DNA of 63,863 nucleotides, counting the filler, from Thraustochytrium aureum (Eukaryota): NCBI GenBank assembly GCA_012862495.1. It is 5 parts of 3 records of this genome, joined end to end, with 100 filler letters (N's around TTAATTAATTAA, not from the genome) between each part and the next. Parts side by side here need not be neighbours in the genome. Positions count along the whole stretch, not along the records: positions 1 to 23,073 come from BLSG01000089.1; 4 more parts are not named here. One strand, 5' to 3'. Shown in pieces: positions 1-10,199 of the stretch. Under the pieces are notes generated by a model, which saw only the letters and a program-made list of their open reading frames with translations, was not told the DNA's origin and searched no databases. The position numbers and the translations under genes were made by a program. Within the stretch, counting starts at the first letter, position 1. The number at the start of each line of letters is the position of its first letter.

Positions 1-549
1 GGCGAAGGTCTTGGTCAGGTCCCGGCCTTCGTATTGCTCAAGCAGCGACTGCACCAAGTCGCCGTACCTCGAGATGCGCGCCTGGGAGACGAAAGCGCCT
101 TGGTAGGTCTTGCCGACGTGCTTGGGGCCGATGAGGTCCAGGTAGAACTTGTCGCCCTCGAGGCACTTGGGCAGGACGACGTGCTCGCAGACATCCTCGA
201 TTGTCCAGTCGGTGCGGGCCTTGGTCTTTAGCCTCCAGCGATTGACGACCACGTTCCCGACGTGTGGCGCACAGCACACCCGTTTTCTCCAGCTCTTTTT
301 CTCAACCAGGCGGACCGTCTGCCCCTTGCGGAGCCCTTGGGCCGGAAGGTCGCGCGTGAGCAGCAGCAGCCTGACGCCAGCGGCCTCCGTGCCGTCGAGC
401 ACGCCGTCCCGCAGCTTGACCAGCTCGCACAGCGCGACGCCCTGGTAGCGCACAACGTCGTTGCTGAGGTCCTTGTCTTCGTCGTCGTCGGCGCGCTTGC
501 TGCCACGCCGGCTGGGGCGCTTGCCGAGCTTGCCGAGTGACTTGCGCAT
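1..549 (-). CDS. 5' part of a protein with a HET/TIR-like N-terminal domain; runs off the window edge
   Basis: Absent from the ORF track because no stop lies in the window. Manual translation from ATG 549 is open for 183 codons: MRKSLGKLGKRPSRR...DWTIEDVCEHVVLPKCLEGDKFYLDLIGPKHVGKTYQGAFVSQARISRYGDLVQSLLEQYEGRDLTKTFA. Third codon positions are strongly GC-biased, like the other genes here. Confidence 0.65.
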   Translation of the reverse strand, partial: MRKSLGKLGKRPSRRGSKRADDDEDKDLSNDVVRYQGVALCELVKLRDGVLDGTEAAGVRLLLLTRDLPAQGLRKGQTVRLVEKKSWRKRVCCAPHVGNVVVNRWRLKTKARTDWTIEDVCEHVVLPKCLEGDKFYLDLIGPKHVGKTYQGAFVSQARISRYGDLVQSLLEQYEGRDLTKTFA

Positions 550-1293
550 CCTCTCCTCTGCGTCTCCGCACTCAGGCTGCTCCCGGCCTGGGAGTTTCTG
601 GTCTGGTCTCTGGGCGAGCAAGCTGTCCTCGCGAGGGCGCTCCGCCGCCAACAGTGTGCGCGGACACACCGGCGACACCGCCCAAACAGAAGAACAAACG
701 GAGCAAAAAGGAAAGTCAATGACAAAAGAGCCTCTGAAAGAACAAACAAAACTTGTATACCGGTACACCAGCGAACAAAGGAGCCTCCAAGGAACAAATA
801 GAACAAAACGATTTTTTCGAAGCGAACAAACTCGAAAACCGTGTGGAACAGTTCAAATCCAAAGAACAAAAAACAAAAAAGAATNNNNNNNNNNNNNNNN
901 NNNNNNNNNNNNNNNNNNNNNNNNNNNNNNNNNNNNNNNNNNNNNNNNNNNNNNNNNNNNNNNNNNNNNNNNNNNNNNNNNNNNNNNNNNNNNNNNNNNN
1001 NNNNNNNNNNNNNNNNNNNNNNNNNNNNNNNNNNNAACGAACAAAAGAGCTCACGAAGCCATGAAGAACATAAAGAACGTTCCAGGATTGTAAGGTTGCG
1101 GCGAACAAAGGAGCCCGGGAAGCGCCAGCGAAGCAGCAGCAGCAGCAGCAGCAGCAGAGCCCGAACGAAGGACGGCAGGCGAGCAGGCAGGCAGGCGGGC
1201 AGGCGGGCGAGCAGGAGTTGGAGGTCGCGCGGCGGTTTGCGGCAGGCGCGGGCGAGTCGTCGTGGAGTTTGTTGACTGGGGCTCGGCTCGAGG

Positions 1294-4200
1294 ATGGAGG
1301 TGGAGGCGGGACGGATGAGATCGACGAGGGCCTGTACTCGAGGCAGTTGTACGTGATGGGCCATGACGCGCAACGACGCGTGGGCGGCGCCGCCGTGCTC
1401 GTCGTCGGCGCGAATGGGCTCGGCGCGGAGATCGCGAAGAATGTTGTGCTCGCCGGCGTGAAGAGGGTGTCGCTGGCGGATGACAAGGCCACCGAGGTGG
1501 CCGACCTCGGCGCGCAGTTTTACCTCGCGGAGAAGGACGTGGGCCGGCCGAGGAGCGAGCCGACCGCCGAGCGGCTGGCGGACCTGAACGAGTACGTCAC
1601 CGTGGACACGGTCAAGGGCGAGGTAGCGACAGAAGCAGTGGTGAGCAACTACACCGTGGTCGTCGTCGCCGACGCACCGCTCAAGACCCGGCTCGCACTC
1701 AACCAGCTGTGCCGCGCCAGCGGCGCGTGCTTCATCTCGTGCGAGACCGCCGGGCTGTTCGCCAACGCGTTCTGCGACTTTGGAGACGCCTTCACCGTTG
1801 TAGACACCAACGGCGAGCAGCCCATCTCGCGCATGATCTCCACAATCATCCAGGACCAGCCCGCCCTGGTGACTGTGCACGACGAGTCGCGCCACGGCCT
1901 CGAGGACGGCGCCATGGTGCGGTTCTCCGAAGTCCAGGGCATGAGCGAGCTCAACTCGGTCGAGCCCGTTGCGATCCGCGTAAAGGGGCCCTACACGTTC
2001 GAGATCGACATCGACACGCGCGGCTTCGGCTCATACGAGAGCGGCGGATACGTACACGAGGTCAAGCAGCCCGTGACGATGAACTTCAAGCCGCTCAGCG
2101 AGGCGCTGACCTGCCCTGGCGACTTCTTACTCACCGACTTTGCCAAGCTAGGCCGCAGCGAGCTCATGCACTTCGGCTTCCGCGCCCTGCACGCGTACCG
2201 CGAGGCCCACGGCGGAGCGAGCCCCGAACCCGGCAACGTAGCGCAGTGCCAGGAGGTCATCGCCCTCGTGGAGGACCTCGTCAACGCCGCTGGGGCTGGC
2301 GGCGACGCGGACGCCCAGGACACCCTCACCCTGGACGACGGCCTCGACGACAAGGCCAAGCAAGTCTTGGTCGCGTTCGCATCCGGATCCAGCGCCGAGC
2401 TCTCGCCCATGTGCGCGTTTCTGGGCGGCGTCGTTGGCCAAGAGGTCCTCAAGGCCTGCTCGGGCAAGTTCACCCCGCTGCACCAGTTCCTTTACTTTGA
2501 CGCCGTCGAGTGCCTCCCGGACGGCGACGAGCTCCCGCTCCCGGCCGCCGAGCTGGCCCCGATCGGCTCGCGCTACGACGGCCAGATAGCCGTCTTCGGC
2601 CGAACGTTCGTGCGCAAGCTCAACTCGCTCAACATGTTTCTCGTGGGAGCTGGCGCCATTGGGTGCGAGATGCTCAAGAACTGGGCGCTCATGGGCGTCG
2701 CCACAGACGCATCGGCAGCGTTCAGCGGAGCCGCAGGCACAGAGTCCAAGGAAGAGGAGGCGGCGGCCTCCAAGGGCCCTGGCATGGTGCACATCACCGA
2801 TATGGACAAGATCGAGCGCAGCAACCTGAACCGGCAGTTCCTCTTTCGTCCCTCGGACGTCGGCTCCAGCAAGTCGGTTGCCGCGGCGCGCGCTGCCCTC
2901 ACTATGAACCCCAGCATGCGCATCACCCCTTACGAGGACAAGGTGGCCTCGGACACAGAGTCCGTGTTCGGCGACGACTTTATGGCAGGTCTGGACGTGG
3001 TTTGCACCGCGCTCGACAACGTGGAGGCCCGCCTGTACGTGGACCAGCGCTGCCTCAACTACGCCAAGCCGATGCTCGAGTCGGGCACGCTCGGCACCAA
3101 GGGCAACACCCAGGTTGTGGTGCCCCACCTGACGGAAAACTACGGCGCGTCCCGCGACCCGCCTGAAAAGTCGGTCCCGGTCTGCACGCTGAAAAAACTT
3201 CCCGTACGAGATCCCACACTGTGTGCAGTGGGCGCGCGACTGGTTCGAGGGCGCCTTTTCGCAGACCCCGCTCAACGCCAACCAGTACCTGACCAACCCC
3301 GAGTTCCTGCAGCGCCTCGACGCCCAGCAAAACACAAAGGTCTCGACGCTCGAGTCTCTGCGCAGCTCGCTGGTGACCGAGCGCCCTGCCTCGTTCGAGG
3401 ACTGCATCAAGTGGGCCCGTCTCCAGTTCGAGGACCGCTTCGCCAACCAGATCAAGCAGCTGCTCTTCAACTTTCCCCCGGGAATGACGACCAGCACAGG
3501 GACGCCCTTTTGGTCAGGCACAAAGCGGCAGCCGGTCCCGCTCGAGTTTGACCCAGAGGACCCGACGCACCTGACCTTCATCATCTCCGCTGCCAATCTG
3601 CGAGCCGAAAACTACGGCCTCGTCGGGGACCGCGACCCTGCGCGCTTCAAAGCCGTGCTCCCCTCCATCGCCGTGCCGCCCTTCGTTCCCAAGAGCAACG
3701 TCAAGATCGCCGCAAATGACGCAGAACTCAAGTCGCAGCAAGAGGAGGGCGGCGCTGACAACGCCGACCTCATGGACGTCGAGACGCTCGCGGACAGCAT
3801 TGTCGCCGCGCTGCCCAAGCCGGGCGACCTCGCCGGGGTCGTGCTCGCGGAGGCCAGCTTTGAAAAGGACGACGACACCAACTTCCACATGGACTTTGTC
3901 ACCGCGACCTCCAACCTGCGCGCGCGCAACTACGGCATCGCCGAGGCCGACAAACACGAGACAAAGCGCATCGCCGGCAAGATCATCCCGGCCATTGCCA
4001 CCACGACCGCGCTCGTCACCGGGCTCGTCTGCCTCGAACTGTACAAGCTCGTCGCTGGCAAAAACACGGTCGAGGCGTACAAGAACGGGTTTTGCAACCT
4101 TGCCCTGCCGTTCTTCGCCTTCTCTGAGCCCATCGAGGTCAAGAAGACGGTCGCCGGGGACCTCCACTGGTCGATCTGGGACAAGATCGACATCGACGGG

Positions 4201-4485
4201 ACTGAAAAGGAGTACACCTTGGCCGACTTTCTCCAGCACTTTCAGGACAAGTACTCGGTGGAGGTCAACATGCTTAGCTTCGCGGTCTCCATTCTGCATT
4301 CGTTCTTCTCGCAGCCCAGCAAGAAGGCGGAGCGGATGAAGATGACGATGACCGAGCTCGTCGAGAACGTGACCAAAAAGCCGATTGATCCCAACGCCAA
4401 GTTTCTCACCTTCGAGGTCATCTGCGTCGACAAGGAGGACAACGACGTCGACTTTCCTCCGGTGCGGTACCGCATTCGCCGTTAA
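1294..4485 (+). CDS. UBA1: Ubiquitin-activating enzyme E1, with apparent sequencing frameshift(s)
   Basis: IDEGLYSRQLYV, GLGAEIAKNVVLAGV, RYDGQIAVFG, GAGAIGCEMLKN, DMDKIERSNLNRQFLFR, catalytic PVCTLK(NFP), FEKDDDTNFHMDFV, IAGKIIPAIATTT and a C-terminal UFD. One extra A in the run at 3192-3197 splits ORFs 1218..3551 and 3223..4485. ATG 1294 gives MEVEAGTDEIDE if one G is missing near 1308-1310, so the start is inferred. Confidence 0.97.
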
Positions 4486-5159
4486 GCGCCTGGCTCGACG
4501 ATCCGGCCCAAGTAGAGTTTTTCTTGAAAAAAGGCCTTCGTTTTTTGGCAGGTGTGCCTCCCGGATTTAAAAAAAAGGTTGGGCCCCTAGCCTTTGACTT
4601 ACTCTGGTCTGCTCGCTGAACCTCGGCCCGCGCTGTTNNNNNNNNNNNNNNNNNNNNNNNNNNNNNNNNNNNNNNNNNNNNNNNNNNNNNNNNNNNNNNN
4701 NNNNNNNNNNNNNNNNNNNNNNNNNNNNNNNNNNNNNNNNNNNNNNNNNNNNNNNNNNNNNNNNNNNNNNNNNNNNNNNNNNNNNNNNNNNNNNNNNNNN
4801 NNNNNNNNNNNNNNNNNNNNNNNNNNNNNNNNNNNNNNNNNNNNNNNNNNNNNNNNNNNNNNNNNNNNNNNNNNNNNNNNNNNNNNNNNNNNNNNNNNNN
4901 NNNNNNNNNNNNNNNNNNNNNNNNNNNNNNNNNNNNNNNNNNNNNNNNNNNNNNNNNNNNNNNNNNNNNNNNNNNNNNNNNNNNNNNNNNNNNNNNNNNN
5001 NNNNNNNNNNNNNNNNNNNNNNNNNNNNNNNNNNNNNNNNNNNNNNNNNNNNNNNNNNNNNNNNNNNNNNNNNNNNNNNNNNNNNNNNNNNNNNNNNNNN
5101 NNNNNNNNNNNNNNNNNNNNNNNNNNNNNNNNNNNNNNNNNNNNNNNNNNNNNNNNNNN

Positions 5160-6587
5160 GGGCAAGTCAGAAAGGGTGAGCGCAGCCTGCGGAGCCAACC
5201 AAGTTACAAAGGTTGAGCTGGACAACTTACTCGTTCGGGGTGAAGCACCAGATCCTGACCATGGGGAACCGCTCGAGGAGCGCGGCCCGCGCACGCATCG
5301 CAATCTGCCGCGAGCTGAAGAACGACTTGTCCCGGAGCTTGGGCATGCCGTCGCTGATCAGCACGACGGCAAGCCCGGCGCCAGTCGTCCTGTCGAATCG
5401 AGCCGTTTTAGGCCGTTTCTTTGTGTTGTACATGCCAGTGACAAAGTTGAACACTTCGTCGTGGGCCGTGTACGGCTTGTTCGAAAACCTGGAGCCAAGG
5501 AGGGCTTCTAGCACTTCAACATTCCTTGCCCTAGTTTCGTCCAGGCCGACCTGCGGGTACACGGCCTTGGCAAATGTGTTGATCGAAACCTGCGGGGGCA
5601 ACGTCCCGTTCGAGTACTTGAAAATCTCTCGAACGAGCTTCTGCGCGAACGTGCGCTGCCGGGTCTGCTCAACCGAGTTGATTGACTTGGACACGTCCAG
5701 AAAAACGAATACGTCTTCGAGCCGCGCATGCACAGAAAAGATCACCGAAACACGGGTTAGGCGTCTGCTTCAGTCCTGGCGTCGCAGCGAGGTCATCCTT
5801 TCACTTACCTTGCGCACAACCGTTGGGCTCGTTGATTGTCAGCACATCCACTGTCGGGGACGTCGTCGGGGCTCCTGTTGTCGGCGGACCGCTCGGCTGC
5901 GCAAAGCGAATGCCACACCCAAAGTGCAGGCCGTTAGCACCTCGCTCACGGCGGCTCCTTACGGCTGCTGGCCGGCCTCCCTCAACTTACCGGTTGGGTG
6001 GTCCGTGACGGCGACTTGGTTGGGTTCCCAGAGGGTGAAGCGCTTGGTTTGGGCGTTGGCGTTCGAGATGGCCCCTGCGTTGGCCCCTGCGTTGGCCCCC
6101 GGCTTGGAGCCGAGCTTGGGAACGCTGTGGTCGGAGATGCACTTGGCACCGAGGTCACGCCCGCTTCAGTCGGAACTCGTGAGGGCGCATGAGTCGGCTG
6201 CGTCGACCCGAGCGCTTCCACTGGCGATGTTGTTGGGCTCGCGGATGTCTCGATTGCAATCGTGGGAAATTTTGTCAAAGGCTGCGAAGGTGCGAGCGTC
6301 GAGGGCGTGATTGGCGAGGACGTAGGAAACCATGTCGGGCTCGACGTCGGACTAGTAGAATCGTCTGAACTCTGTGCTGTCGCTTGCACTGGTGGCGGCA
6401 GCGACGCTCCACTCGTCGTCCCCGAAGAAACCACGACCGCCGTAGCTACAAGCCCAGCGACCACGAGCGCCCCCAGAGCCGCTCGCGCCGACCCAGCAAA
6501 CAGGCTCGACACCCTGTAGGCGCCTGCCGGAGGGTCTGCAGTGATTGGTGCAGTGAGCCCTGCAAACTGATTGGCTCCGTCCTCCAT
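5160..6587 (-). CDS. Spliced type II membrane protein: N-terminal TM helix, Pro/Thr/Ser stalk, von Willebrand A domain (3' end in gap)
   Basis: Exons 6587-5991, 5896-5809 and 5714-5231. Splicing gives CAQ-DVFVFLDVSKSIN (DxSxS MIDAS motif) and VVLISDGMP. TM segment ALGALVVAGLVATAVVVS; many PT/PS repeats. Confidence 0.8.
5715..5808 (-). other. Spliceosomal intron, 94 nt, phase 1
   Basis: GTAAGT donor, CCTAAC branch-like site, AAG acceptor; removal creates the start of the vWA domain. Confidence 0.75.
5897..5990 (-). other. Spliceosomal intron, 94 nt, phase 0
   Basis: GTAAGT donor, GCTAAC branch-like site, TTTGCGCAG acceptor; removal extends the PT-rich frame. Confidence 0.8.
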
Positions 6588-7653
6588 CGACTCTTCCAAC
6601 CTCACCCTTTTCTAAACAAGTTGTTTTTGATGCCTTGCGGGTTTGCGTTGCGCTTCGACTGCCAGACGTTGCTGAGCGAGGGCTGCTTGGGGCGTCCAGC
6701 GCAAACGCTCTCGCTTGTCTGGGGGCGACACGAGTGCTTTCGGCTGCAAAGCTAGCCCTGCGTCGGCCAATGCCAGCGTTCGTGCAGCAGGCGCGCACGG
6801 CCTGGGCGGATCCAAGGCGGCCCTTCTCGAAGGCGGCTGGCTGCCCAACTCGTTCTTCGCTCGTTGGCGCGCGGTACCGTGAGCCTGATTCGGCGGATCG
6901 CGTGCAGGACCTCGTCGCTCGACACCCAACCGCTGCAACGACGGCTGTCCACAAGCGACGTCGTTCGGCGTCTGCAGGACCGTTCACACCTCCGACTGCA
7001 CGAACAAACACGCAGCGGTAGCCGCTCGATGAGACGCGCGAAAACCGTCCGATGTCCGAACGTTCGCTCCGCACAGAGCAGCAGCTGCACAAAACAATTG
7101 CCTTTACACTTTACTCGGTAGAGTGGAGTTCCGTCTACTTTGGCCAGCGCCCGCCTCCTGGCGCTGCTGTCGACGGCGCCCAGCCCTCGAAGAGCCCAGC
7201 TCGATGTCGAGTGAGAAAGCGTGCGCGATTCTCTGCCCTTCCTTCGTTTTTGATCGACAGTGGCATCGATTGATTTTGATTGATTGACCAAAGCCTGCAC
7301 CAGACCAGAAGTAAAGAGTACCCTGTTGCTCTCCGAGTTGCTTCAACTTCAACTCGCACTTTCCCTTCTTTCATGCACACTTTGCAGAACGGAATCGATC
7401 CCAAAGCCAGTCGCGGTGTATTCGAGGTCACGCATGAAACAAACGAGAAAAGTCTTGTATTGGATTGTTCCGGCGCGGACCCCCCTAAAAGTGCGAAAAA
7501 GTGCGAATGCAATGTGGCGCTTTGGCAGAGTACAGGAAGAAAAGATAGATGTTCACTTTCATGGACGCGACGTCGCGCGNNNNNNNNNNNNNNNNNNNNN
7601 NNNNNNNNNNNNNNNNNNNNNNNNNNNNNNNNNNNNNNNNNNNNNNNNNNNNN

Positions 7654-10042
7654 TGCGATCGCTGGCGCGCGGCCCGCAGCGCCCTTGGCGCTGGCAGGGG
7701 CCGCCGGCGTCGCTCGCGAGCTCGTGCCGAAAGGGACGCGCTCCGAGGACGGCGTGCTGGCCAGGCTGGCCAAACCGTCTGCCAAGGCCGTCCAAAGCGA
7801 CACGTTCGAGCGCGCCGTGCGGGACAGGCAGCTCGACGCGTTTCTCAAAGAGTGCCACAAGGCCGCCGTGAAGGCCAAGCACGAGGATGTGCCTGAGGAG
7901 AACGGGGTCGCCACCGAGTCGGAAGCGGCAGAAAGCAGCCTCACCGAGATAGAGGGCATGCACAAGGAGCGCACCGCCAGCCCAAGCACCGGAGACAGAC
8001 GTGGATTGGGCAGCGCCGGCGACAGCATCGCGCCTCGGCCCAACGAGGCCCCATCGTTGTCCTTCGCCGAGACCCTGGCCAGACACTTTGCCGGAACTTG
8101 GCGGGAACTGTCGAGCATGCCGCTCGGCCGAGTAGAGTATGAGCTCGCGAAAGCGCTCGAGCTGCTCGAGCACCACCCGAGCGCAGATCTGCGTTTGCAG
8201 TGCGTCGCTTTTGTCATAAACGTGGGTTTGGACGAGCGCGCCCACCTCCTAATCTTCAAATGCGGGGGTCTCGACGCCATTCTCACCTGGTGCGAGCGCG
8301 GCCAGATCCCTGGCTGCGTCTGCGACGTGCTGTATCGCTGGCCAAGCGCACACGTGCGCCGTGCAGCGCTTGTGTGCTTGCAGCGCATGTTGTTGCAGCA
8401 CAACCCTGACGACCATATTCGGCGGCTCATCATTCGCTCCGGCGGGCTCTTGGCCGCGGCGTGGGTGCACACGGTGCCCACCCCACCGCCGTCCGCGACG
8501 CTTGCCTCAAAATACCGCGTTCTGGACGCAGGCGCAGCAGAATTGGCGCGCGCTCTACTCGCCGCAGTCGCGACCACAGAGGAACTCGAGCGATCCGTGC
8601 CGATCGCCCTGCGCAAGAGAGCGCCCGCATCCGTGACGCAATCCCTCGAAGACGAGCTTCGACGCAGGAGGCGGGGCAAGATGGTCCTGTCGAGCCACAG
8701 CGAAAACGCGCGAGTGTGCCGGAGAATACGAACAGACAAAGCTGCCGACCTCGAAGCACGACTACGAGCCGCGCGACTCGAAGCTTGCGAGTCGGACCTC
8801 GTCGCTCATGCAAGGCAGGAGCTCGACAAGGCGGTATTTGCTCGGCGTGGGTCCCTCGACGGCGTTGAGCGCCTTTTTGCTGTAGCCCAACCCCACGACT
8901 CGCACGTCGAGCTCCGCGAGGAAGAGGTCCCCAGCGACGACCAGGAGGAGGAGCTCCTGGGCATCATCGAAGCCAGACTCAAGACCGCTGACGAGCGCGC
9001 CGTGGAGGAGGATGCAACCAAGCAAGCAGAGCTCCGCCAGCGCCAGGCCCTCGCGCGCCGCAAAGAGCATGCGCAAGGGGTCGCCATGATGCGAAACGCC
9101 GCCGAAGGGGCCCTGGAGTGGATCGTGACGCGATTGGAAGCCACCGAGGCGGTAACCGCGATTATCGCTGCCGCGCTCCTGCCCGCGGTTAGCGACGGAA
9201 TACGTCGCGTCGAGGAGGAAAATCGCCAGGCTGCTCTGCACTTGGAACGCTGCGCGGCAATGGTACGCGAGGACGCCTTGGCGCATGCTCTTCGTGAGCT
9301 ATCACAAGCCACCCTTGAAGCGGACCGGCGCTGCATGCTTGCCGAAGACAAAGCCGGCGTTCGGCGGGCCTTGAAACGTCTCTCCCCCGCGGAAAGACGG
9401 GCGTACAATCTTTGCGAAGAAGAGTATGCTCGCAAGTGCGCAAAGCGTGAGGGCCGCTTGGTCATTAGCGACTCGCTTCGACTCGAGCGCGCCACAATGC
9501 AGGAGGAGGATCGCCTCGCGCGCCGCATTCGCAAACTCCGCCGCATTGAGGAGCAAGTTTTGCGGGATGCCGAGCGCGCGAGCCAGAACCTCCAAGCCAA
9601 CGTTGCCAATGACCACGTCGCACGTAGCGCAAACGAGGGCTTCGCCGGAGGCGGCCAGGCGCTCGAGTATGACGGCGCCGAATTTGCAGCGGGGGTCCAG
9701 GACGGGAACGAGGCGTGGGAGTATCAGGGAGGTGAAGAGTATGCGGAGGCTGGGTATGACCAAGAGTATTCTGCTTACGAATCTCAAACGGCGGGAGGCT
9801 GGGACGAGGCGCAATGGGGCGGCGAGCACCAGGACCAGTTTGCATGTGGTGACTATGGAGCCAGTGACAACTACCAAGAATACAACGACGCAGCAGGCGC
9901 CTACCACTCCGGGGCCGGGTTCCACAGCCACCATCGCTTCACAACCGCCGGGGAGTGGTCCGCGTACGCAGACGAGGACGGAAACCCGTACTATTATAAC
10001 AACATTACCGGGACATCGCAGTACGAAAACCCGTTTGTGTAA
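7654..10042 (+). CDS. Hypothetical protein: ARM-like helical region, long coiled coil, acidic Tyr/Gly-rich tail and C-terminal WW domain (start probably in gap)
   Basis: About 795 open codons after the gap. The C-terminus GEWSAYADEDGNPYYYNNITGTSQYENP matches the WW pattern, with the second Trp replaced by Tyr. Confidence 0.75.
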
Positions 10043-10199
10043 ACGCGTAGCCAGTCGGAATCGACGACGGATCCTCGCACTGCCTTTAGCGCAGCGGCAA
10101 ACGGGGGCCGATTGCCTCGGCCCTGCTTTGCCCCATTCGCTTGAGGACTGTTCGACTTGCCGCTCGGCGCTCCGGGGGGGAGTGGTTTCCAGCGACGGC

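Noticed and set aside
3192..3197. Programmed ribosomal frameshifting or pseudogene status for UBA1 and other genes
   Set aside because: The indels have mixed direction, no shared slippery-site or stop context, and conservation is intact on both sides. Sequencing error is simpler.
2148..3596. Long antisense or alternate-frame ORFs over real genes (also 15342..16460, 34855..37272, 52678..54039, 60233..61090)
   Set aside because: Shadow ORFs expected from high GC3; no motifs of their own.
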